Origin: a bacterium
Lineage (GTDB): Bacteria > Patescibacteriota > Minisyncoccia > Minisyncoccales > GWA2-46-15
NCBI GenBank assembly: GCA_030704795.1
Contig: JAUYCZ010000028.1
Coordinates: 19,202 to 83,201 of the forward strand
Direction of reading: 5' to 3'
DNA length: 64,000 nt
Every line of letters begins with the position of its first letter. The stretch's first letter is position 1. Below the pieces are notes generated by a model. It did not search any database, had not been told where the DNA came from, and saw only the letters and a program-made list of their open reading frames with translations. Made by a program: the position numbers and the translations under genes. This document shows positions 43,110-50,500 of this stretch, piece after piece.

Positions 43110-45335
43110 ATGAAATTAAGTTTGAATAAGAAAAAATGGCTGAGTCTGGTCTTGGCCGCCCTCTTTCTGACATTCCTGGCCAGTTTTTATCTGCAGCATC
43201 AGCTCGTCTCGCTTTATCGCCAGCAAGCCTCCTCTTTGGTCGAAGACCGGGAAGGTCGTGTTATTGCCATCCGGCCCAATCGCCAGGGATATTTTAACCG
43301 TCCAGTTGTTAATCTGCCCGCTAGGATGGCCGATCTTTTAGTTAAAAAGGAAGACCGATTTTTTTACTACCATAACGGCGTCAACCCGATTAGTATTATC
43401 AAAGCCTCTTTTGGCTATTTAGGGTTGGGCCAGAGAAAGGCCTCAAGCACCATTAGCCAACAGTTGGCCAAAATTCTTTTAGGCAACGAGCTGCGGCGAA
43501 CCGGGCAGAATAAACTCAAGGAAACCCTCTACGCTTTGAGTCTGGAGATTTTCCAGCCCAAGCGAGAAATCTTGAAAATGTATGCCAACTCCATTTATTT
43601 TGGCTATCAGGCCCAAGGGATCTTTGAGGCCAGCCGTCTTTACTTTGGGACCGATCCCGAAATGCTCACCGAGGGGCAGGTCTTACAACTTTTAGCCACG
43701 ATTTCTGAACCGGCCGAAAACAATCCCGCCAGCGAGAATAATGAGAAAATCAGTTTAGCCATGGCTAAAAAATTCATTTTTTCTGAAGAAGGCTTGAGTT
43801 TCAGTCAAGCTGGCCAAGTCAGAGAGCAGATGAAAAAGGTTTCGCATGCGGACGATCTTTTCTTCGAATTAAAATCGTTTTTGACGGAGCCGAAAACAAT
43901 TTGCCAAACGACCTTAGACCGAGATCTGACCAGAAAAATCAGAGAAATAGTCCAACGGAACATCGAAAGCTTAAAGATAGAGAATGCCCGGAACGCGGCC
44001 GTGGTAGTTTTAAAGCTGCCCGAAAATGAGATTTTGAGTCTCATCGGTTCGCCCGATCCCAATTCCTTTGAGTCGGGTTATCAGATTAATATGCTGATGG
44101 AATTGCGACCCATTGGCTCTACCATTAAGCCTTTTATCTATCTCAAGGCCTTTGAAAAAGGGTTGAGGCCCTATACCCTGGTTGAGGATAGAGAGTACAA
44201 ATATATTACCGCCTTAGGTTTCCCTCTTTATCCTAAGAATTTTGACTATCAATACCGCGGCCGGGTCAAACTTAACTACGCCCTCTCCAATAGCCTGAAC
44301 GTGCCGGCGGTCAAAGTCCTGGAATACGTCGGTTTGGAGGATTTCTATCAATTCTGGGGAAAGGAAATGGGCTTTAAACCGAAGCAGCCCTGGAACAGCT
44401 ACCAGCTAGGTATTGCCTTGGGGGGTTTGGAAATGAGCCTCTGGGACCTGGCCAGATACTTTACCATCTTTCCCAACCAGGGCTGGCTGAAAGACGTTAA
44501 GGTTTTTCAGTCGGGAGACTGTTTTCAGCCAAAGCCAGAAACAACCAAAGAGATTGCCCAACCCGGTTTCATCCAGCTGGTCAACAAGATTCTCAATGAC
44601 CGCCAGACCGGCGTGGAACAGTTCGGCATGAAGAGCGAGCTCAATCTCTTTCAGGAAAACTATGCCCTAAAGACCGGCACTTCGCGCGATTTCAGGGACA
44701 GTTGGATTATTGGTTATACCCCCGACTTCCTGGTCGGTGTCTGGGTAGGCAATGCCGACAACTCTCCCACCGACAAGATTTCTGGCCAACAAGGCGCGGG
44801 CCTGATCTTTTCCAATATTATGGAGCTGCTCTTGAATTCCCGATACAACTCATCGAGCCTGAAGGCTCCTCAGAGCCTGAACGGCAAAAAAACTCCTTTT
44901 GACTTCAGTCTCGTCAAAGATTTCCCATCCCTCGAGGGTACTCGGGACTTTCAGTCCCTCGACTCGGCTCGGGACTTTCAGTCTGATCAGGGCCTTGATT
45001 GGGGTCTCCAGGGTGACGATTATAAGAAAACCCAAAATCTTTTATTGGCGCAAGATACTGCTTTGATATTATTGCCGCACGACGGAGATTCTTTTCTGCT
45101 CGAGCCCAATACTAAAATCATCCTGCGCGCCCGCCAGGCCGTCGACTGGTTTGTTAACAACGAGTTTATCGGTCACGGCCAGGAGCAGATTTTCATTCCC
45201 CCGACTCCCGGCAACTATCAAGTCAAAGCCCAATCCCCCACTAGTCAGGCTGAAAGTCCCGAGTATCCACGAGGGGCTGGAAGCCCCGAGCGCTCCCGAG
45301 GGGAGGAAGTTTCCATTTCTGTCCTGGGCGAGTAG
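43110..45335 (+). CDS. pbpC: Bifunctional class A penicillin-binding protein, PBP1C-type
   Basis: GT51 motifs EDRFFYYHNG and STISQQLAK. Transpeptidase motifs STIKPF, SNS and KTGTS. C-terminal BiPBP_C-like segment W.VNNEFIG...PGNYQVKA. AAGGAGG RBS. Confidence 0.85.
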   Translation: MKLSLNKKKWLSLVLAALFLTFLASFYLQHQLVSLYRQQASSLVEDREGRVIAIRPNRQGYFNRPVVNLPARMADLLVKKEDRFFYYHNGVNPISIIKASFGYLGLGQRKASSTISQQLAKILLGNELRRTGQNKLKETLYALSLEIFQPKREILKMYANSIYFGYQAQGIFEASRLYFGTDPEMLTEGQVLQLLATISEPAENNPASENNEKISLAMAKKFIFSEEGLSFSQAGQVREQMKKVSHADDLFFELKSFLTEPKTICQTTLDRDLTRKIREIVQRNIESLKIENARNAAVVVLKLPENEILSLIGSPDPNSFESGYQINMLMELRPIGSTIKPFIYLKAFEKGLRPYTLVEDREYKYITALGFPLYPKNFDYQYRGRVKLNYALSNSLNVPAVKVLEYVGLEDFYQFWGKEMGFKPKQPWNSYQLGIALGGLEMSLWDLARYFTIFPNQGWLKDVKVFQSGDCFQPKPETTKEIAQPGFIQLVNKILNDRQTGVEQFGMKSELNLFQENYALKTGTSRDFRDSWIIGYTPDFLVGVWVGNADNSPTDKISGQQGAGLIFSNIMELLLNSRYNSSSLKAPQSLNGKKTPFDFSLVKDFPSLEGTRDFQSLDSARDFQSDQGLDWGLQGDDYKKTQNLLLAQDTALILLPHDGDSFLLEPNTKIILRARQAVDWFVNNEFIGHGQEQIFIPPTPGNYQVKAQSPTSQAESPEYPRGAGSPERSRGEEVSISVLGE
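44929..44982 (+). repeat. Family-1 repeat, 2 x 27 bp tandem, in frame in pbpC
   Basis: CCCTCGAGGGTACTCGGGACTTTCAGT followed by CCCTCGACTCGGCTCGGGACTTTCAGT. These encode SLEGTRDFQ and SLDSARDFQ. Confidence 0.85.
45250..45303 (-). repeat. Family-1 repeat, 2 x 27 bp, inverted orientation, in frame in pbpC
   Basis: CTGAAAGTCCCGAGTATCCACGAGGGG matches the reverse complement of 44929-44955 at 24 of 26 positions. The second unit is more diverged. Confidence 0.85.
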
Positions 45336-45338
45336 TTT

Positions 45339-45359
45339 GTGCGAAGCTTAGCTTCGCAC
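45339..45359 (+). terminator. Hairpin after pbpC (part of the left island end)
   Basis: GTGCGAAGC-TTA-GCTTCGCAC. No T-run, followed by TTGACA (45365-70). Confidence 0.45.
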
Positions 45360-45532
45360 GATCCTTGACATTTCAATGACTTTATGAAAAACTATCGTAT
45401 CTCTCCTTGTTGGCTTTCTGGTAATAAATCTTGTTGCTAGAAAGCCGGCAAGGATGACTGGCCCGTTGGTTCCGCAAGGCGGAATACGGTCAAAAGCGAT
45501 CTTTCCCAGCCCAAGGGGCAAGGAGTAGAAAA

Positions 45533-46096
45533 ATGGGAAAAAGTAGCTTGAAAGGGAATGAACTGACTTCCCTAGTGGAACGAGCGTCAGCGCTCCAAAA
45601 AGCCAGTAGAGGGTACCGAGACGGCGCTGCTGAAAGCGCCCGGTTGGCCCTCGACGAGTTAGTCCTTCAGATTCTGCGAGACCACCTCGAACAGGTAGTC
45701 TTGCGTCTGGATCCCAGGAAGTCACAGGCTTGGGATGACTTCTACGCAGTTCTAGAAGTCGAGGCGAACTCGGTGGTTCTGCGGATGCCAGTTCCTAAAC
45801 TCAAGTCGAAAGACTCAGAGCTGGCAAACAGGATTCGGACGAAGATCGTCCGGGAGGAAGAAATGGAAGCAACAATCATTGCGGTGATACTCGTCGTAGG
45901 AGGGATTGGGTTCATCGTAAAGATGCTTCGTCAAAGAGACGACGGAAATGGGTACGACTACATCGGTTACCTTGGCGCTGATGGCAAACCTTGCGACGCA
46001 ATTGGGTTAGCACGGTTTTGTCCCACCAAGAAAGAAGCCGAGGCCGTTGCTCGAGCGTTCGGCTACAAAGTAGAACGCGAGGAGATGAAACGATGA
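45533..46096 (+). CDS. GC-rich hypothetical protein with one central TM segment (187 aa)
   Basis: AAGGAG RBS 7 nt upstream. TM segment ATIIAVILVVGGIGFIV. No motif recognised. Confidence 0.55.
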   Translation: MGKSSLKGNELTSLVERASALQKASRGYRDGAAESARLALDELVLQILRDHLEQVVLRLDPRKSQAWDDFYAVLEVEANSVVLRMPVPKLKSKDSELANRIRTKIVREEEMEATIIAVILVVGGIGFIVKMLRQRDDGNGYDYIGYLGADGKPCDAIGLARFCPTKKEAEAVARAFGYKVEREEMKR

Positions 46097-46350
46097 AGAT
46101 CATCTTAAACGGTTTGAACGTCACTCTCGCTGAAGTTTTGACTAGACTTCAGGAAGAGGGCGCGCCTCGCTTCGCGGTAGCCCTATCGCGAAGTGATTAC
46201 GCCAAGAATCCCAACGAAAGAAAGCCAGGTAACGCCGTGATCGTTATGACCGCTGCTGAATTCCAGAAGTTAGAAGAAGAGCAACGACATACGGTCGAAA
46301 TGGTATTGGCAGCTCAACAGTTGGGTGCCCAAGTTGTTTTCCGTAGCTAG
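46093..46350 (+). CDS. GC-rich hypothetical protein (85 aa)
   Basis: ATGA start/stop overlap with the upstream ORF, and GAGGAG upstream. A terminator follows. Confidence 0.55.
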   Translation: MKIILNGLNVTLAEVLTRLQEEGAPRFAVALSRSDYAKNPNERKPGNAVIVMTAAEFQKLEEEQRHTVEMVLAAQQLGAQVVFRS

Positions 46351-46362
46351 TAGAGCTTAAAG

Positions 46363-46405
46363 GAGACTCAACGCCTTAGAAAAAGGAGTTGAGTCTTTTT
46401 ATTTT
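46363..46405 (+). terminator. Rho-independent terminator
   Basis: GACTCAAC (46365-72) / GTTGAGTC (46388-95), then TTTTTATTTT. Confidence 0.65.
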
Positions 46406-46430
46406 GGCGAGTCGCCAAGGACTGCGGCAT

Positions 46431-46544
46431 AAGCTGATTAAACAGCTATTGTTTTACGACAAAATAGCTCCCGGCCAATATCAAATCAAAGCCCAATCCC
46501 CCACCGCCCAGTCGGAAGAAATCACGATTTTTCTCAACCAGTAA
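46431..46544 (+). pseudogene. Orphan remnant of an alternative/ancestral pbpC 3' end
   Basis: Translates to KLIKQLLFYDKIAPGQYQIKAQSPTAQSEEITIFLNQ*. Shares the identical 19-nt TCAAAGCCCAATCCCCCAC with 45223-45241. No start codon or upstream ORF. Confidence 0.75.
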
Positions 46545-46552
46545 ATAAATCA

Positions 46553-46574
46553 GCACCCGAGATTTCTCGAGTGC
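46553..46574. terminator. Hairpin terminator (presumed original pbpC terminator, also serves the minus-strand small-ORF operon)
   Basis: GCACCCGAG-ATTT-CTCGAGTGC. A T-rich tract follows on the minus strand. Confidence 0.55.
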
Positions 46575-46598
46575 CGATTCGATTTGGCGTCGGTTGCG

Positions 46599-46739
46599 TT
46601 ATTCTTCGATGAAAAAGAGCGACGTGAAACCGGCGGCGAGCAACCCTTCGGTGGGGACGACATGAAAGATGCCGTTGATGATGAGCCCCAGCGCGAGCGC
46701 TCCGTACACGATCTTGCGCAACTGTCGATTGGTCAACAT
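46599..46739 (-). CDS. Small hydrophobic protein (46 aa), not in the ORF track
   Basis: GGAGGTG RBS 7 nt before the ATG. Sequence MLTNRQLRKIVYGALALGLIINGIFHVVPTEGLLAAGFTSLFFIEE. A terminator follows. Confidence 0.5.
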   Translation of the reverse strand: MLTNRQLRKIVYGALALGLIINGIFHVVPTEGLLAAGFTSLFFIEE

Positions 46740-46781
46740 GGCCAATCACCTCCTTTGAAACTCAGATTGTCGTTCGTTCGG

Positions 46782-46946
46782 CTAGCGAGTCGGCGGCGCG
46801 CCCGGTCGACAATGGGCGCAACGAAAAAGGTGCTTGTGTCGGCGTCCGGGCTTTGCCAGACAAGTAAACCCATGTTTACACATCACGCTACACTTTCCAT
46901 TGTCTCGGGACCGCCGCGGCCGATTCTTCCGCAGAAAATCGAACAT
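46782..46946 (-). CDS. Small basic Cys-rich (zinc-ribbon-like) protein (54 aa), not in the ORF track
   Basis: AAGGAGG 5 nt before the ATG. Sequence MFDFLRKNRPRRSRDNGKCSVMCKHGFTCLAKPGRRHKHLFRCAHCRPGAPPTR. Consensus promoter upstream. Confidence 0.45.
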   Translation of the reverse strand: MFDFLRKNRPRRSRDNGKCSVMCKHGFTCLAKPGRRHKHLFRCAHCRPGAPPTR

Positions 46947-46981
46947 CCATACCTCCTTGGTCTGGGATACGTACTGGATAA

Positions 46982-47009
46982 ATTATAGCACTAATAATAT
47001 AAATGTCAA
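46982..47009 (-). promoter_or_regulatory. Consensus sigma70-type promoter
   Basis: Minus strand TTGACA (47009-04), 16 nt, TGCTATAAT (TATAAT 46987-82). Confidence 0.65.
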
Positions 47010-47047
47010 GAGTTTGTGCGAAGCGAAATTTCGCCTAGCACAAATCA
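47001..47047. repeat. Right island end, an imperfect inverted copy of 45334-45373
   Basis: Shares AAATGTCAAG, GTGCGAAGC and GCACAAA blocks with the reverse complement of the left end. AGTTTGTGCGAAGC (47011-24) is also a direct repeat of 45334-47. Confidence 0.6.
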
Positions 47048-47049
47048 AT

Positions 47050-47081
47050 CAAAAAGCACACATCATGGATCGATGTGTGCT
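47050..47081 (-). terminator. Rho-independent terminator
   Basis: AGCACACATC/GATGTGTGCT stem, followed on the minus strand by TTTTTGATT. Confidence 0.7.
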
Positions 47082-47096
47082 CTGTTTGAAGGGCGA

Positions 47097-47381
47097 TCAC
47101 TTCACTGGGAGGAACGTGATTACCACGAGGAGGGTGCCACCGATCAAGCAGGCGCCCGCCAGGAAGTACCAGACGAGTGACGTCTGATGGTAAGCGGTAG
47201 CATAATTTGGCGCCGCTTTTGGCGTCCCTCGTCCACTTGCCTCTGATGCGCCACGCTGATACTCATCTGGTCCATAGCGGTGGATGTCCGTTTCCGCTTT
47301 TCGGCTTTCTTTGCGCCCTTCGCGCCAAAAGAAAACGCCTACCAGAAAAAGGATCGCCCCGATAATTTGCAATGTTAGCAT
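47097..47381 (-). CDS. GC-rich two-TM small protein (94 aa)
   Basis: ATG at 47381 preceded by AAGGAG. TM segments LQIIGAILFLVGVFFW and LVWYFLAGACLIGGTLLVVITFL. Confidence 0.55.
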   Translation of the reverse strand: MLTLQIIGAILFLVGVFFWREGRKESRKAETDIHRYGPDEYQRGASEASGRGTPKAAPNYATAYHQTSLVWYFLAGACLIGGTLLVVITFLPVK

Positions 47382-47420
47382 TGCACACTCCTTTCCTTTC
47401 TGCGGTTTATCCGCATAAAA

Positions 47421-47449
47421 ATTATACAATACTTAATTAAATTAGTCAA
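47421..47449 (-). promoter_or_regulatory. Near-consensus sigma70-type promoter
   Basis: Minus strand TTGACT (47449-44), 17 nt, TGTATAAT (TATAAT 47426-21), then leader hairpin TGCGG-ATAAA-CCGCA. Confidence 0.65.
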
Positions 47450-47506
47450 TACATCATCAAAAATCTCCGATTAGTATCGGGAATATTAGGCTCAGAGAAT
47501 AATTGA

Positions 47507-50500
47507 TTATCTCACGACAAAGTAGCTCCCGGCGGTGCGGCCGAAGTTCTCCGGGAAATACATTTCATAAGCCCGGGCGGGCAGATGAATGAAGTTGCCT
47601 TTGGCCATGGCTCGGACGTAGTAATCGAACTCGTAAACGCCGGGTTCCAGGTTTTCGGTAAAGAGGAAAGCCTGATCATCCCTTAATTCCTTAAAGCTGG
47701 GCTGGAATTCAGAATTGGTTAATTCTTTTTCTTGAAGCCGAAGCGATTTCTGTTCCGTGGCCAAGTCCAGATTGACGATTTCCAGGCCGGCCGGGATATA
47801 ATCTTCCACGGCGACAAAATGCCGGGATTTGGGAACCGTGATTTGAAGATTGACCCTCAGAACGTCGCCCGTTTTGGCTTCCACAACGGGTTTTTCATTC
47901 TTGGCGTCGTCCAGCCGGTAGAACGAGCGGGTAATGGAGAAGCCTTCGTCCCGCGGCGCGATCTGGTCGGCGGGCAGATAGTATTTCAGAACCAAGTCAT
48001 AGTAGAAGCCATTGTTAGAACTATTTAAGTCTTCCTTGATAAATTTGACCAGATTATTCTCATTGAATTTCAGTTCTTTTAAAGGAATCAATTTTTTGAA
48101 CTGATCAAGAATGGTGCGGGGTTCAAAGCGAAAGTTATCGGCCGGATTATCATTGACCTGGAGGCTCAGGGAAAAGTCTGATTCGGTTTCCTTTTTCCAG
48201 TTAAGATAATCGGTAAAGGCATCCACGACCTGCAGAGTATTATTGGTCGAGCCCCAGGCGCCATCTTTTTCGCGGGAATTCAATATCCAGCGGACCACTT
48301 TGTCGAGGAAAGGATTTTCGCTTTGATCTTTGCTCAAGGCTTTAAGATAGAGGGCGGTGTCCTTGATTGGTGTTTCGTAATAATACCAAAGCCGGTTTTG
48401 GTTGGGTTCCAGAAAAGCGCCCCGGGAATCGATATCGACCCGATTGTTCAGAGTTTCAAAAATTTTCTGTTTCAAGGCGACGGGAAAATCACCGCTTCTT
48501 TCGGACATTAAGATGGCCAGATAAGCCAAGGAAGTATTGCTGCTTCTTTCCTTAATAAAGAGATCGTTCCTGGCTATTTCCGTGACTTTCTGCTTCAAGA
48601 CTGTTCGGGAAGGCCAGTCTGGCAGTTGAGACAAGGCCGAAGCGGCTAGAATGACGTTATTTTCATCGCGGTAGAGGTAGTCCTGGCTGGTGATTTCTTG
48701 ATTAAGATAGTTGGCGGCCCTCTCCAGGCTATTTTGATTAATCCGGAAGCCGGCCAGAGAAAGATTCTGGAGCGCTTCCACGGCTGACAAGGTGGCGTAG
48801 AAGCTAGAGCCGCCGCCTCTCCAGAAAGCAAAGCCGCCATCATCTCTCTGGTTGTTGTAAAGCTGAGCCAGGCCAATCTCCACCAATTCATCAATCGAGT
48901 ATTCCCGACCGTCGTATTTAACTTTCTCCAGCTGGAATTTGTCGCCCAGATTAGGCAGGTTCAATCCTTTTTTGACAATGGCAATAGCTTTGAGCCGGGC
49001 AGCAATCTGTTCTGAACCCGCATAAGGATATTGGATGAGATAGTTTAAGGCGTCCGAGAGAAAGACGGCCAGGGTGGCCGAGCTATTGACCCTCAAGTCC
49101 CCTTTTTCTTTAACAACGTTTTCCGGCAAAAAAACATATTCTTTGATAACCTTGTCCGTGGCGTAACTGGCGGTCGAGGTCGTCTCATAGGTATTATTGG
49201 GCGTAATCTTGATATATTGAATGACGGTGTCTTCAAGGTCTCCATTCTTGGCCGAAAGGACAAAACGATGTTCCCCGCTCTCCATCTGTTCTGGGGCCTG
49301 CGCCTCAAAGTAAACCGTTTGGGTTTCGTTCTTGTCGATTCTGATTTGTTTTTTGGCGTTGTCGCCTTTCAGTAAAAGAGTCGGACTCTCAAAAGAAACC
49401 TCGAGTTTTTGATTCTCTGAGCTTTGGTTGAAGATTTTGGCGCCGACGAAGAATTGATCACCCGGCACAATAAAACGGGGTTTGAGAGGCACGATCATCA
49501 ATTCCTTTTTCGTCATGAATTCTTGATAGTTGATGCCCAATTTAGTGTCTTTGGTGACTCCCAATGTTTCGGCCTGCCAGGTGGTTAAGTTATCCGGTAA
49601 GGCAAAACGAATCTGGGCTCGACCATCCTCGCCCGTCTTTAGTGATCCTTCCCAGAGAGCTGTTTCCCGGAAGACGCCCCGAGCCCTTTTACTTAAAGCC
49701 TCGTCGGATCGGCCGCTGCCACCCTTGGTTTTAGAGATTTCCGTTTCCACCAAGATATTTTTCAGGTTTGAAGAGGCGGAAACGGTTAAAGGAAAACCGC
49801 CATAGAAAAAAACTAAGGGATTTTTTTGGGGATTACCCTTGAGGGCCAGGACGCTTAAGTCAACCACCGCCACGGAGAGTTCGCTGGAAACCCCTTTTCC
49901 CTGGGCGTCTTTAGCCTCAATATCCAGGATTACTTCTTCTCCGGGCAGGAAAGAGGTTTTATTGGGCTTGACCGAGATCTCTAATTCCTTGGTTTTGGTG
50001 TTGATTTTGAACTCCGCTTTTCCGAACTTAATCTCCGGTGACGAAGATTGCAGCAAGACCGAGACAAAGACATTGGGGACATATTCTTCCTTAATCTCAA
50101 AATTAAACTTGTAAAGACTGCCTTCGATCTCTTTGATCTGGTAGTCAAAGATCCGACCTCGTTCAATGGAAATCAAGGCCTTGGCATTTTTAAAGGGGGA
50201 TTTAATAATCAAACTGCCCTGCTGGCCTACTTCTAGATCGGTTTTCTCCGGTTTGACCTCGAGATTGGTTCCTTCCGTGGGTCGGACAGAAACCTGGCCT
50301 TCGCCCCAGACATAAAGACCGTAGGTTGAGGTGACCAGGTTTTCTTTTGAGTCTCGGGCAAAAACCTCGGCCTCATACTCCCCCTCCCGAGGCATTTTTA
50401 GAGGTTGAATGTATTCGCCCTGAGAATTGGTGGCAAAACTATATTGATTTACTTCTTCCCTTCTTTTCTCCCATTTATAGGAGTAGCCGCCCGTCGCCTC

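Noticed and set aside
45348-45725. Minus-strand ORF of 125 aa overlapping the start of the 187-aa island gene.
   Set aside because: It is antisense to a gene with a good RBS, has no translation signals of its own, and has an implausible composition.
45205-46544. The duplicated pbpC 3' end as a template-repeat/variable-repeat pair of a diversity-generating retroelement.
   Set aside because: There is no reverse transcriptase in the window. The three substitutions in the 35-nt shared stretch (A/C, C/A, G/A) are not confined to adenine positions of one copy. The similarity is short.
46584-47187. Long plus-strand ORFs 46584..46988 (134 aa) and 46834..47187 (117 aa) from the ORF track.
   Set aside because: They have no RBS or promoter and a low-complexity Arg/Ser/Pro-rich translation. 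The opposite strand carries complete promoter, RBS, ORF and terminator units. Long shadow ORFs are expected in GC-rich DNA.
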